DNA from: an uncultured Candidatus Saccharibacteria bacterium
Lineage (GTDB): Bacteria > Patescibacteriota > Andersenbacteria > UBA10190
Assembly (NCBI GenBank): GCA_964610055.1
Contig: CAZSUC010000002.1
Location: 82,283 to 146,282 of the forward strand
Length of the DNA stretch: 64,000 bases
Reading direction: 5' to 3'
Positions 9,806 through 19,495 of this stretch are shown piece by piece. The position numbers and the translations under genes were made by a program. Each line of letters begins with the position of its first letter. Positions within the stretch are counted from its first letter, which is position 1. The notes beneath the pieces were generated by a model, which worked only from the letters and a program-made list of their open reading frames with translations, was not told the DNA's origin and searched no databases.

Positions 9806-11294
9806 TGAAAGTCGGACTAATGGGTTAACGCTGATCGAGGTTCTGTTAGCCACGGTTATTATTGGGATTATTGCGGTAGGAGCGTCAAATTTATTTTTGC
9901 TATCTATGCGGAGTTCACAGGAGGCGGAACGAAGAGTGGTGGCGATTGCGTTAGCAAATGAACGAATGGAAATGATTAGAAATTTGCCGTATGAGAACGT
10001 CGGTACGATAGGTGGGATACCGTCAGGCGCAATTGCGCAGGCAGAGACTATCACAAGAAACTCAATCAATTATGAAGTCAAAACAGAGGTGCGATATGTA
10101 GATGACGTATATGATGGTTCGGCGAGTGGGTCAACGGAAGAGGAGGATTTTATTATAATTTGTCATATTCCACCTGGACATCCGGAAAATCAGACGACAA
10201 TTAGAGTCGCAGCTTCAGCGTTGGATGCTCATTTAGCGCATGGTGATTACACGGGAGCCTGTGGCTCTGGCGGCGGTGATGGTACTGATGAAGGAGATGA
10301 TTATAACGGAGATTATAAATTGGCGCGGGTTGAGGTTGATTGGGCGAGCCAGTATGAGACTCAACCCGTACTTTTAATGACTTATATTGCACCAAAAGGA
10401 ATTGAGGGAGGTAGTCTAAGCGGAACATTAGACTTACAGATTGCATCAGCCGAAGGAGTGGGGATTGCGGAAGCAGATGTAGAGATTATTAGCGATCAAA
10501 CTGATCCGACAATTGATATTACAACCGAAACAAATGCGGAGGGGCGAGTAGTTATGCCTGGTTTTCCGGAAATGGCAGAAGCGTACCAAGTAATAGTGCA
10601 CAAGGACGGATATACGAGCGAACAAACTTATGCTGCAACTGATGATTTTTTACCTGATGCCGAACATACAAATTTGACGATGTTGGTGCAGCAAGTGACT
10701 TCTAAGTTGCTATTTATTGATTTGGTGGCACAAGTTGAATTAAAAACAGTTGACGCTGAGGGAGTAGTGATTGGAAATGTGCCGTATCATTGGCAAGGCG
10801 AGAAAACAATTGGACAAAATATTGATGAAGAGGGAAATACGACCGATGTGTATAAATTTGATCAAGATGGAACCACGGATCAGGCTGGCATAGCTTCTTT
10901 AGAAGACTTGGAGTGGGATACATATTCTATGTCCATTCCAGCCGAGAGTGGTTATATCGTAAAAGAATATTGGCCAGTGCATCCGTTTCAGATTGATCCG
11001 GGAACAGATACCGATGTAGAAGTAGTGTTAGTGCCGTATACGGATTATTCAGTGCAAGTAACAGTATTAGATTTGACGGGGGTGCCAGTGGATAATGCAA
11101 CGGTTCGTTTGGAAAAGGATGGCTTTAGCGAAGAGAATGGGACGGGTGTACGAGGTCAAGTTATATTTACTGATTTGCCTGAATTAGGAAACTATGACTT
11201 GTTTGTCGATGTGGGCAACTATGAGACTTATTCGCAAACAGTTCAAGTGTCAGGCAATGAAACGGTACAGGTATCATTAACTCCAGTAGTCTAA
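9795..11294 (+). CDS. large pilin-like protein with a class III (prepilin) signal peptide and CarboxypepD_reg/Ig-like beta domains
   Basis: Start chosen at the internal ATG (MLFNESRTNG|LTLIEVLLATVIIGI). Prepilin signature G/LTLIE with Glu+5. C-terminal repeats such as ATVRLEKDGF...GQVIFTDLPELGNYDL resemble carboxypeptidase-regulatory-like folds. Confidence 0.7.
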   Translation: MLFNESRTNGLTLIEVLLATVIIGIIAVGASNLFLLSMRSSQEAERRVVAIALANERMEMIRNLPYENVGTIGGIPSGAIAQAETITRNSINYEVKTEVRYVDDVYDGSASGSTEEEDFIIICHIPPGHPENQTTIRVAASALDAHLAHGDYTGACGSGGGDGTDEGDDYNGDYKLARVEVDWASQYETQPVLLMTYIAPKGIEGGSLSGTLDLQIASAEGVGIAEADVEIISDQTDPTIDITTETNAEGRVVMPGFPEMAEAYQVIVHKDGYTSEQTYAATDDFLPDAEHTNLTMLVQQVTSKLLFIDLVAQVELKTVDAEGVVIGNVPYHWQGEKTIGQNIDEEGNTTDVYKFDQDGTTDQAGIASLEDLEWDTYSMSIPAESGYIVKEYWPVHPFQIDPGTDTDVEVVLVPYTDYSVQVTVLDLTGVPVDNATVRLEKDGFSEENGTGVRGQVIFTDLPELGNYDLFVDVGNYETYSQTVQVSGNETVQVSLTPVV

Positions 11295-11297
11295 GGT

Positions 11298-11906
11298 ATG
11301 GAAAAAGGCTTTACAGTTATTGAAGTGGTGGTTGTTTTAGGTATTACTTCGGTTTTGATTACGGCCTTGTTGCGATTTGTAGCAGCTGGGTATCCTTTAT
11401 CGCGAGTGACATATTTGCAGCAGCGCTCAACTGAAACAGCGAGATTGCAATTAAAGCGGATCGCAAAAGCAATTAGAGAAGCGCGTCCATCGGATGCGGG
11501 TGCTTATCCGCTAGTAGAAATGGAGGATCAGAAATTAGTTTTTTATGCTGATGTTGATGACGACGGGGCGACAGAAATGGTGCGATATGAATTAGACGGG
11601 ACAGATTTAATTTATGGGATTATTGAGCCGTCCGGAGATCCGATTGAATATGACCCTGGGAGTGAAATTACGAGAATTGTGACTCATGATGTACGGAATG
11701 GATTTGATCCTATTTTTGTATATTACTCAGGTGATTATCCAGACGATCAAACTCCTCTAACTCCGGTTGATGTAACTGAGGTGAAATATATTCAGTTTGC
11801 ACTGGTAATTGATGTAAATCCGGATGTGGATCCGCAGCCGATTCAGGTTATTTCACAGGTTCAAATTCGAAACTTAAAAGATAATTTAGGCGACACAGTA
11901 GAATAG
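11298..11906 (+). CDS. pilin/pseudopilin with a prepilin-type N-terminal cleavage/methylation domain
   Basis: MEKG|FTVIEVVVVLGITSVL is a canonical class III signal with Glu+5. It is 202 aa long and has no Cys. Confidence 0.75.
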   Translation: MEKGFTVIEVVVVLGITSVLITALLRFVAAGYPLSRVTYLQQRSTETARLQLKRIAKAIREARPSDAGAYPLVEMEDQKLVFYADVDDDGATEMVRYELDGTDLIYGIIEPSGDPIEYDPGSEITRIVTHDVRNGFDPIFVYYSGDYPDDQTPLTPVDVTEVKYIQFALVIDVNPDVDPQPIQVISQVQIRNLKDNLGDTVE

Positions 11907-11952
11907 GTGAGCTCTTGTCAGGTGAGTTAAATGGCTTTTAAGATAGAGGGAT

Positions 11953-13320
11953 ATGAAAAAGCCTGATCAAATAATAATTGTGTTTCTGCTAGCGGTGGGG
12001 ATCTTGGTGCATTTTATTGGTTTGAAGTATCCGGACCAGGTTGTCTTTGATGAAGTCCATTTTGGTAAATTTGTCACTGCTTATTGTTGTACGCATCAAA
12101 ATTTTTTTGATATTCATCCACCGCATGCCAAGTTGCTAATTGCAGGGGCGGCTTGGTTGGGTGGCTATCGGGGTGGTTTTTCGTTTGATCATATTGGTCA
12201 GGAATATGCGGAAGTGCCAATTGAAGCGTTAAGATTTATCCCAGCTTTGGCGGGGTCGATTTTAGCAGCAATTATATATGGTTTGTTACGGAAATTAGGA
12301 GTAAGTCGACAATTAGCAGTAATTAGTGGGTTGGCGGTGGTATTAGAGAATGCCACGATAGTGCAGACAAGGATGATTTCGTTGGACGGAGTGTTGTTAG
12401 TCGCTATTTTTGGAAGTCTGAGCTGCTATTTGTCAGCTGAGAAAAATAGTGGTCGGAAGAAATATTACTGGCTAGTAGGGGCGGGCGCTTTAGCCGGCTT
12501 AGCAGTCGGGACTAAATTTACAGGGCTAACAATTGTGGGGTTATTAGGAGTAATGCTTGCGGTTGAGTGGATAAAGCGGATTTATCGAAGAGAAAATTGG
12601 CGCGAAACAATACGCTCAGGGGGAGTGATAGCGATAGCAGCGATCTTAGTTTATTTAACTGGCTGGGTAATTCATTTTAGTTTGTTAGATTTACCGGGTA
12701 GCGGTGACGCGTTTCATAAAACTGATTTTTCTGAGAATGTTGTGATTGATTTTTTCCGCGAAACATACGAATTACATAAGGTTATGCTGTCAGCTAATTA
12801 TGGCTTAAAAGCAACACATGATTATGCGAGTCAGTGGTGGCAGTGGCCAATTATGCAGAGATCGGTGTTTTATTGGCAGAGCGAGGGGCGAATGATTTAT
12901 TTCTTAGGTAACCCAGCTGTTTGGCTAGGCAGCGGTTTATTGTTAGCGGTGGCCATGATTAGTGCGTTGATTTTGTTTGGGCAGAAAATACAGTCTCGCT
13001 GGGTGCAGCAAGCAAAATCGGTCCGAATTTGGATTCCAGTGATTGGTTATTTGATTGGTTATATACCATTGATGCGAGTGCCTAGGTCTTTGTTTTTGTA
13101 TCATTATTTAACTCCCTTATTGTTTGGCATCTTAACAGGAACTATATGGTTAGAGATCGTGACTAAGGACAGTCGGGATAAAAGTTGGTATCAGATTGGA
13201 ACAGGAGTGATTTTTGGCCTAATAGTTTTAGGATTCGTATGGTGGTCACCGTTAACATATGGTTGGCTAGCGCCGGATAATTGGATGAGTAATTTATTTT
13301 GGGTGCCAAGTTGGCGATAA
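11953..13320 (+). CDS. PMT/GT39-family (dolichyl-phosphate-mannose-protein mannosyltransferase-like) polyprenyl-phosphate-sugar-dependent glycosyltransferase
   Basis: VVFDEVHFGKF...FDIHPPHAKLL matches the PMT loop-1 DE motif and HPPL(A)K(L/M)L. It is a polytopic membrane protein of 455 aa. Confidence 0.65.
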   Translation: MKKPDQIIIVFLLAVGILVHFIGLKYPDQVVFDEVHFGKFVTAYCCTHQNFFDIHPPHAKLLIAGAAWLGGYRGGFSFDHIGQEYAEVPIEALRFIPALAGSILAAIIYGLLRKLGVSRQLAVISGLAVVLENATIVQTRMISLDGVLLVAIFGSLSCYLSAEKNSGRKKYYWLVGAGALAGLAVGTKFTGLTIVGLLGVMLAVEWIKRIYRRENWRETIRSGGVIAIAAILVYLTGWVIHFSLLDLPGSGDAFHKTDFSENVVIDFFRETYELHKVMLSANYGLKATHDYASQWWQWPIMQRSVFYWQSEGRMIYFLGNPAVWLGSGLLLAVAMISALILFGQKIQSRWVQQAKSVRIWIPVIGYLIGYIPLMRVPRSLFLYHYLTPLLFGILTGTIWLEIVTKDSRDKSWYQIGTGVIFGLIVLGFVWWSPLTYGWLAPDNWMSNLFWVPSWR

Positions 13321-13343
13321 TTCGGTTGTGATACAATTTAAAT

Positions 13344-14735
13344 ATGGAGGATGTGAGTTGGCGGCTTAATTGGAAGCGACGCGGCAGTTTGTTAGTCATG
13401 ACACTGGTGTTTGTGTCGATGTTTGTTGTGGTCTTTATGGCGTTGGCAGGTATGGTAAATCGAACATATCATGAGAGTGTTTTACAGGCTCAAGATGAAA
13501 CGGCTTTCCAGGTGGCGGAGGCAGGGTTGAATTATGCTCGGTGGCGTTTGGCTCATGATCCTTCAAATTTTGAGGTTGAAACTAAAGAAGTCTCTGATCC
13601 ACAAGCAGGGGTGTTAGGAGAATATCATGTTGAATTTGCAGAACCGCAAGAGGGCAGCACGATCGTGATTATTACATCGGAAGGCACGACTTCAGCGCAG
13701 CCGTCTAGAACCGTAACGTTGCAGGTACGGTATGGAAAAGCATCATTAGCTCAATATGCTTCTATTACAAATGAAGATGTGTGGTATGGCAGTGAGATAA
13801 AAGGGGCAGTTCATTCGAATGGAGGTATTCGGATGGATGGTTATTCGGATGGATTAATGACTAGTGCGAAAGAGACTTATGCATGTCAAACCTATCACGG
13901 ATGTTCTTCTCCTTATGAGACTAAACCGGGTATTTGGGGAGAAGGCGAGCGGTCGGAATTGTGGGAGTTTCCAGTTGTAGCGGTGGATTATAACTCATTA
14001 ACAATGGATTTGCTGGCAATGAAGGAAGCGGCGGTAGAAGCGGATACTTATTATGGATCATCGTCTAAATATGGGTATCAAGTAGTTTTTAATAGTAATA
14101 ATACGATGACGATTAGCAAGGTGACGCGAAAAGGGCAGAATGTGTGGTCGAAAGCACCGGGGGAAAATTATGAATATAGTTCATATGATGTTGGGCAAAC
14201 TCAAGTAATCGAAACAAAAGAAGTAGAAAGTGGGAGTATTTATTTTTTTGAAGATGATGTGTGGGTGTATGGTGAGATTCGAAGTCGGGTGACTATAGCA
14301 GCGGGAGTGTTTCCAGATCGATCTAGTACGAATGCTAGTATTATCTTGAATGGAAATATTACATATGGCGATGTGCATGATGGGTCGCGTGTATTCGCGG
14401 CAGTGGCTCAAAAAGATATATTGATTCCTTGGTCAGGTGCTCCAGATGATATGGTGTTAGAAGGCGCATTCGTGGCGCAGAATGGAGCATTTTATCGGAG
14501 ATATTATTGCCCTGGGTCATGTGGAGCAGATGCACATCGAATTAAAAATAGTTTAACGCGTTATGGCATGATCGCGAGTAATGGCGTTCCGGCAACGGCT
14601 TGGGTGAGCGGAGAGACTTTGTTAAGTGGTTTTCGAGAAGGTTCGGCTGAATATGATCCTAATTTATTGTATGCTCCACCTCCTTATTTTCCGACGAGTG
14701 GAGAATACGAGTTTATTTCTTGGGAAGAAATGTAA
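13344..14735 (+). CDS. hypothetical secreted/anchored protein in the pilus locus, with a PilX-like N-terminal hydrophobic segment and a beta-rich C-terminal domain
   Basis: N-terminus RRGSLLVMTLVFVSMFVVVFMALAGMV resembles a PilX_N minor-pilin anchor. The rest is G/S/Y-rich. Confidence 0.4.
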   Translation: MEDVSWRLNWKRRGSLLVMTLVFVSMFVVVFMALAGMVNRTYHESVLQAQDETAFQVAEAGLNYARWRLAHDPSNFEVETKEVSDPQAGVLGEYHVEFAEPQEGSTIVIITSEGTTSAQPSRTVTLQVRYGKASLAQYASITNEDVWYGSEIKGAVHSNGGIRMDGYSDGLMTSAKETYACQTYHGCSSPYETKPGIWGEGERSELWEFPVVAVDYNSLTMDLLAMKEAAVEADTYYGSSSKYGYQVVFNSNNTMTISKVTRKGQNVWSKAPGENYEYSSYDVGQTQVIETKEVESGSIYFFEDDVWVYGEIRSRVTIAAGVFPDRSSTNASIILNGNITYGDVHDGSRVFAAVAQKDILIPWSGAPDDMVLEGAFVAQNGAFYRRYYCPGSCGADAHRIKNSLTRYGMIASNGVPATAWVSGETLLSGFREGSAEYDPNLLYAPPPYFPTSGEYEFISWEEM

Positions 14736-14766
14736 AAAGAGCGGAAATACAGTATGCTAAAGAAGT

Positions 14767-15792
14767 ATGTTGGGCGTAGACATATCTGAGCGTTCGATTA
14801 AAGTTGTACGTTTGAGTAACAGCAAACGACACAAGCTGTTGGCACGAGCGTGGTGTGAAATACCGGCGGAAGCAATTCAGCATGGAGTGATAACCGAGCC
14901 AGATGTAGTGGGTAAGGCTCTGCGTCAAACAATAGAAAAGTGTGGAGTGAGATCAACGCATCAAGATGTAGTGGTGGCGTCTATACCAGAATCAGAATCT
15001 TTTTTAAGTGTAGTAGAAATTCCAGCGATGGATGAACAGGAAGTGTCGGAGGCGGTGCAATGGGAAGTAGCCCAGCATATGCCGTTTGGATTAGAGAATG
15101 TGTATTTAGATTGGCAATGGGTCAGTCCAAAAGGATCCGTAAAAAAGGATCGTCAAGAAGTGCTGGTGGGAGCAGCTGAGAAAAAAGTAGTCGATCCTTT
15201 GGTGGGGTTGTTGAATCGGTTAGGGTATGACGTGGCGGCTTTGGAGTTGGAAAGTCAAGCGATTGTGCGAGCATTGATATCAGAGGATTTATTGGATAAA
15301 CAAGGGCTATTGATGGTTGATTTAGGCGCAACTGTTACTAATGTCGTGGTGCATGACAGAGGAGCGATTCGATTTTCAGCGACGTTGAAGCGGGGAGTGC
15401 AAGCAGCGATGGCAAATTTAAATCCAGAAGAAGAGGGTTTGGTTAAAGATCCATCAGCGAAAACAAGTGAGCAAATTAGTGCTCAGTTAGAAGAGAAATT
15501 ACGTTTTCCGTTAGAGGAAATAGTGGCTGAGGTGCATGGTATTTTGGAATATTACACTGGGTTATCGACCGAGCATCGAGTGAATGAAATCTTGTTGACT
15601 GGTGGTGGAGCAAATTTACCGGGCTTGGATCGGATTTTTCAAAGATTTTTTTCTGATGTTCATTTGAGTCGTGCAAATCCATGGATCAATATTCGTTCTG
15701 CTCAGCAAAATGCAGCTCCGCTGATGAGTTTGTCAGAGTCAGTACATTATTCCACAGCGTTGGGATTGGCGCTGCGGGACGTTGTTTTTTAA
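14767..15792 (+). CDS. pilM: type IV pilus assembly protein PilM (actin-like ATPase fold), copy 1
   Basis: MLGVDISERSIKVV start typical of PilM. It is followed by NLLP-motif and PilO-like genes. Confidence 0.8.
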   Translation: MLGVDISERSIKVVRLSNSKRHKLLARAWCEIPAEAIQHGVITEPDVVGKALRQTIEKCGVRSTHQDVVVASIPESESFLSVVEIPAMDEQEVSEAVQWEVAQHMPFGLENVYLDWQWVSPKGSVKKDRQEVLVGAAEKKVVDPLVGLLNRLGYDVAALELESQAIVRALISEDLLDKQGLLMVDLGATVTNVVVHDRGAIRFSATLKRGVQAAMANLNPEEEGLVKDPSAKTSEQISAQLEEKLRFPLEEIVAEVHGILEYYTGLSTEHRVNEILLTGGGANLPGLDRIFQRFFSDVHLSRANPWINIRSAQQNAAPLMSLSESVHYSTALGLALRDVVF

Positions 15793-15805
15793 AGCCGCAG
15801 GTGCT

Positions 15806-16342
15806 ATGAAAGACGAGATTAATTTATTACCGCCACGAGCAGTTGTTACTCGTCGAAAATTAGTAGTTACGAGAAGATTGGCAAAATTAATGCGACGAGT
15901 GTTGATGGGAGAAGCTGTTTTGGCAGTCATGATTATTATTGGCTTAAATGCAAATCAGACTTTAGGAAAGATTGTAGCGCAGCAGTTTTCTGAAAGCAGT
16001 TCGAAACAATCAGAGTTGCAAACTGAGGTGAAACAATTTAATGCGTTGATACGAGATGTAAATAAGTGGCGCTCAAAGTACTCCGCATGGTCGCCGATGA
16101 TCAAAGAAATTCTGAATGCATTGCCGGAAGGAGTGCAAATTAATAGTTTAGCAGCGGGAGAAACGGGACAAATTACGGTTCAAGGCGAGTTTGAAAACGC
16201 AGAACAAATTGTGAGCTATCAGCGTAAACTAGAGCAGATATCAGGGGTGGCAAGAGTAGAAGCGCCACTAAGTAATTACTCAACAGGCAGCAATCAGCAG
16301 TTTAAGTTAATTGTGGTGTCGCAATATGAAAACGAAAAATAA
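15806..16342 (+). CDS. pilN: PilN-like inner-membrane pilus alignment protein, copy 1
   Basis: INLLPPRAVVTRRK (NLLP motif) followed by a single TM helix. Start placed at the internal ATG, because the track's start codon is TTG. Confidence 0.7.
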   Translation: MKDEINLLPPRAVVTRRKLVVTRRLAKLMRRVLMGEAVLAVMIIIGLNANQTLGKIVAQQFSESSSKQSELQTEVKQFNALIRDVNKWRSKYSAWSPMIKEILNALPEGVQINSLAAGETGQITVQGEFENAEQIVSYQRKLEQISGVARVEAPLSNYSTGSNQQFKLIVVSQYENEK

Positions 16343-16961
16343 GCAGCAATTAAATAGTTGGGCCGGGATAACACTGGGATTAGAAGTGCTGTTGATACTG
16401 GTGCTGGGAGGAGGAATTTGGTGGGGGTATAGCCAGGTGCAAACGAATCGACAAGCATACGCCCTAGGGCGGTATAAGTTGGAGAATTTGCCCAATGATT
16501 TACAAGCATGGTCGAAAGCAAATGCTGAGTTGCATCAGTACGATAGTGATTGGGAGAAGTTGGAGGCTATGCTGATTCCGATTGATAAAGCGGGGGAAAT
16601 TGTGAAGGACTTACAGAATTTAGGAGCAAAACAGCAAATTCAAGTTCAAGTTCCTGAAATCCAAGAATATATTGAGACTGATGAGAATAAACATCAGCTT
16701 AATCAATATACTGGTATGCAGGAAGTGGAGATTTCGTTTAGCGCAGTGGGCAATCCAGATGATTTAATGTTGTATTTACATGATTTAGAAGCTTTGCCGT
16801 ATGCTTTGGCGGTTCGAGAATGGCAGTTGCAAACAGGAACTAATGCAGCACGTGGCACGGTACGCGCGGCACCGGAAGCGTTAGATGGGGATGATAAAGA
16901 GACGGTCCAGCAAACCAGTGTCTTGTCTGGGAAAATTATGGTGTTGTTTGAAGAGGAATAA
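16326..16961 (+). CDS. pilO: PilO-like protein, copy 1
   Basis: Single N-terminal TM helix plus a coiled-coil/periplasmic domain, positioned after pilN. Start placed at the internal ATG, because the track's start codon is TTG. Confidence 0.55.
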   Translation: MKTKNKQQLNSWAGITLGLEVLLILVLGGGIWWGYSQVQTNRQAYALGRYKLENLPNDLQAWSKANAELHQYDSDWEKLEAMLIPIDKAGEIVKDLQNLGAKQQIQVQVPEIQEYIETDENKHQLNQYTGMQEVEISFSAVGNPDDLMLYLHDLEALPYALAVREWQLQTGTNAARGTVRAAPEALDGDDKETVQQTSVLSGKIMVLFEEE

Positions 16962-16965
16962 ATAT

Positions 16966-17283
16966 ATGTCCAAGTCCAAAAAACTAAAATGGAATAAAAA
17001 GAAGATTATGAGCCTAACATCGTATCAAGGTTGGGCTTGGCTCTTAACCAAACAAATGACATGGTTTGAGATAGTGGTTTTAATAATCTTTTTGATGTTA
17101 GGTGGTTGGTTGTATATCAAGATGTTTGTGCTATTACCGCAAGTTAACACGGAAACTTCGCAATCTGTTACGAATGTTGATCAAGATGACTTAAAAGCTG
17201 TACAGGATTGGAGCGAGGTAAAAGCTGAACAAAGAGAAGCAGGGGCGGGATTGGTGCGGGGGAAATATTTTATTGGATCATGA
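16966..17283 (+). CDS. small single-TM protein (PilP-like position), copy 1
   Basis: ATG lies 5 nt after the pilO stop. One TM helix. Shares an EQREA motif with the ORF at 19485. Confidence 0.4.
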   Translation: MSKSKKLKWNKKKIMSLTSYQGWAWLLTKQMTWFEIVVLIIFLMLGGWLYIKMFVLLPQVNTETSQSVTNVDQDDLKAVQDWSEVKAEQREAGAGLVRGKYFIGS

Positions 17284-17297
17284 TGTAAGATGACATT

Positions 17298-18344
17298 ATG
17301 GTAGGGATTGATGTATCGGAAAAATCAATAAAAGTAGTTGAGGTTTCGGATGGCCAAAACCCATCTTTACATACCGTATGTTGGTCGGCCATTAGTAATG
17401 ACATGATCAAAAATGGAGTAGTGCAAGATAAAGAAGAAATGGCACAGGCTTTGTCTTTGGCATTAGGCAAGTGCACGCCTGTACCGGTGACAGGGAAAAG
17501 GGTTGTAGTTTCGATTCCGGAATCACAGTCGTTTGTGCGAGTTCTTGATTTACCACAGATGTCAGATGAAGAAACTGACGAAGCGGTACAGTGGGCTGTG
17601 CGACATCATATTCCGTTTGATTTAGAAAGAGTGTATATAGATTGGCAGCCAGTTGGCATAGGTGGTGCGGATAATAATCGACGACAGATTTTAGTGGGGG
17701 CAGCACAAAGAATCGTTGTGGATCCGTTGTTAGAGGTGCTGGATAGTTTAAAGTTGCAAGTTGAAGCCTTGGAGTTAGAGGCGCAAGCGATTGTGCGGAG
17801 TCTATTGCCTTTTCAGGCTCAGGATGTGCAAGGAGTTTTAATTGTAGATTTAGGAGCGGAAGCGACTAACGTAATTTATTTTGATCAGGGCGCAATGCGT
17901 TTTACTACTAGTATCCGCAAAGGCGGAGAATATCTAACAGAACAGTTGGCTCAAAACTTGCGTATTCAACCCGGTTCGGCGGCTGAGAAAAAAGCATTAG
18001 TAGGAATTACTAGCGCGAGTGCGGATGATGCACAGGTGGCGGCAGTATTGCGAGGAGCGTCATTGGAAATTGTGCAACAAATTGAGCAGGTTGTACGAGA
18101 AGTGGCAGTGCCGGGAGCAAGCGACAGTGGAGTGAGGGCGATAATTTTATCTGGAGGGTCAGCTAATATGCCGGGATTAGTATCGGTTTTTAATGAAGTG
18201 TTTGTGGGGGTACCAACGCAATTAAGTAATCCTCTGATTAATTTAACAAGCGAACGAGGAGCGGTTTTGTCGGGTAATGATGCTGTGCATTTTGCAACGG
18301 CAATTGGGTTGGCTTTGCGCGAAGCATGCGAGGAGGGAAGTTGA
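17298..18344 (+). CDS. pilM: PilM, copy 2 (paralog of 14767..15792)
   Basis: MVGIDVSEKSIKVV start. Clear paralogy runs across the whole length (SIPES(Q/E)SF, DEAVQW, VDLGA). Confidence 0.8.
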   Translation: MVGIDVSEKSIKVVEVSDGQNPSLHTVCWSAISNDMIKNGVVQDKEEMAQALSLALGKCTPVPVTGKRVVVSIPESQSFVRVLDLPQMSDEETDEAVQWAVRHHIPFDLERVYIDWQPVGIGGADNNRRQILVGAAQRIVVDPLLEVLDSLKLQVEALELEAQAIVRSLLPFQAQDVQGVLIVDLGAEATNVIYFDQGAMRFTTSIRKGGEYLTEQLAQNLRIQPGSAAEKKALVGITSASADDAQVAAVLRGASLEIVQQIEQVVREVAVPGASDSGVRAIILSGGSANMPGLVSVFNEVFVGVPTQLSNPLINLTSERGAVLSGNDAVHFATAIGLALREACEEGS

Positions 18345-18350
18345 TGTTAT

Positions 18351-18929
18351 ATGCGCCAGGTTAATTTATTACCACCAGATAGAAGAACGAGATTAAAGAG
18401 ATTGGAGCTTTGGAAACAGTTGGCTCAGTCGTTGAATAAAACGGGATTAGCACTGTGGTTTATGATGTTTGTAGGCATTATTTTATTGGTATCGTTATGG
18501 ATATTATCAGTGGCAGCGGAAAGCACGACGACAATTGAATTGCAGGCTGAGGTGGCAAATTATAAAAGCATTAGGAAGGAAGTGGCGCAGCAGCGAGCGT
18601 TGCTAGAACAAGTATATGGAGTAGCAGAAAACCGGGTGGTGTGGGCGGATGTTTTTGAGCAGTTATTAAAAACAGTGCCGAGCGGAGTGCAAATGACGGC
18701 ATTCACTGGTCAGTCAGAAATTAGTGATGATGAAACTATGGCGAGCTTAGTGATACGGGGTCAAGCAGTAACACGTAATGTGCTGAAGGCATTTGAAAGT
18801 CGTTTACAAAATATTGTTCTAGTGACAGGCATTGAATCTCCGACCAGTAATTTACTTGATCGGGAGAATCCGACTTTTGAATTAAAACTACTGATCCAAC
18901 CAGCAACAACGGAGGATAATGAAGTATGA
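18351..18929 (+). CDS. pilN: PilN-like, copy 2
   Basis: VNLLPPDRR motif plus a TM helix. Confidence 0.7.
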   Translation: MRQVNLLPPDRRTRLKRLELWKQLAQSLNKTGLALWFMMFVGIILLVSLWILSVAAESTTTIELQAEVANYKSIRKEVAQQRALLEQVYGVAENRVVWADVFEQLLKTVPSGVQMTAFTGQSEISDDETMASLVIRGQAVTRNVLKAFESRLQNIVLVTGIESPTSNLLDRENPTFELKLLIQPATTEDNEV

Positions 18930-19495
18930 AAAAAGTAACGTCAGAAAAACAGGTTTTTTGGTTAGCGCTAGCGGTAATGTTTGGTTTAGTAGTGGTGCAG
19001 GTGCCAATTTGGTATGGGGTCGGTGTATTTGCTCAAAAATTATTTGACAATCGAATGATAGAACAGCAGCTATGGGTAGTCAGGCAAAGAAATGAGAGTG
19101 CATGGGAGCAGTTAACAGCACAGACGAATTATTTATCTCAATTAGATATGGTGGTGCCGAATATTAGTACGTTGGCACAAGAGATTGAGCGCATGGAACG
19201 TTTAGCGGATGAGGCTGGGATTGTGCTAAATACTAATGAAATTAAGGAAGAGGATTTGGTGGGATCGCAAGCGGGGAGTTTGTTAAAAGTGGCGAATGTG
19301 ACATTGGACTTGGTGGGTGATCCAGAGCAGCTGTTGGTTTTTCTCGGCCAATTAGAGCATTTACAAGAGTTAACTGAAGTAACAGAAATTTCATTGCGAC
19401 AATGGACGAGCGAAGCGCAAGTGACTGAAGATGGACGACAGGCTTATATTTTATCAGTACGAGTTAAGTTTTATATGCAAAATAATGGCGAATAA
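18926..19495 (+). CDS. pilO: PilO-like, copy 2
   Basis: N-terminal TM helix and coiled coil. Its start overlaps the pilN2 stop. Confidence 0.55.
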   Translation: MKKVTSEKQVFWLALAVMFGLVVVQVPIWYGVGVFAQKLFDNRMIEQQLWVVRQRNESAWEQLTAQTNYLSQLDMVVPNISTLAQEIERMERLADEAGIVLNTNEIKEEDLVGSQAGSLLKVANVTLDLVGDPEQLLVFLGQLEHLQELTEVTEISLRQWTSEAQVTEDGRQAYILSVRVKFYMQNNGE

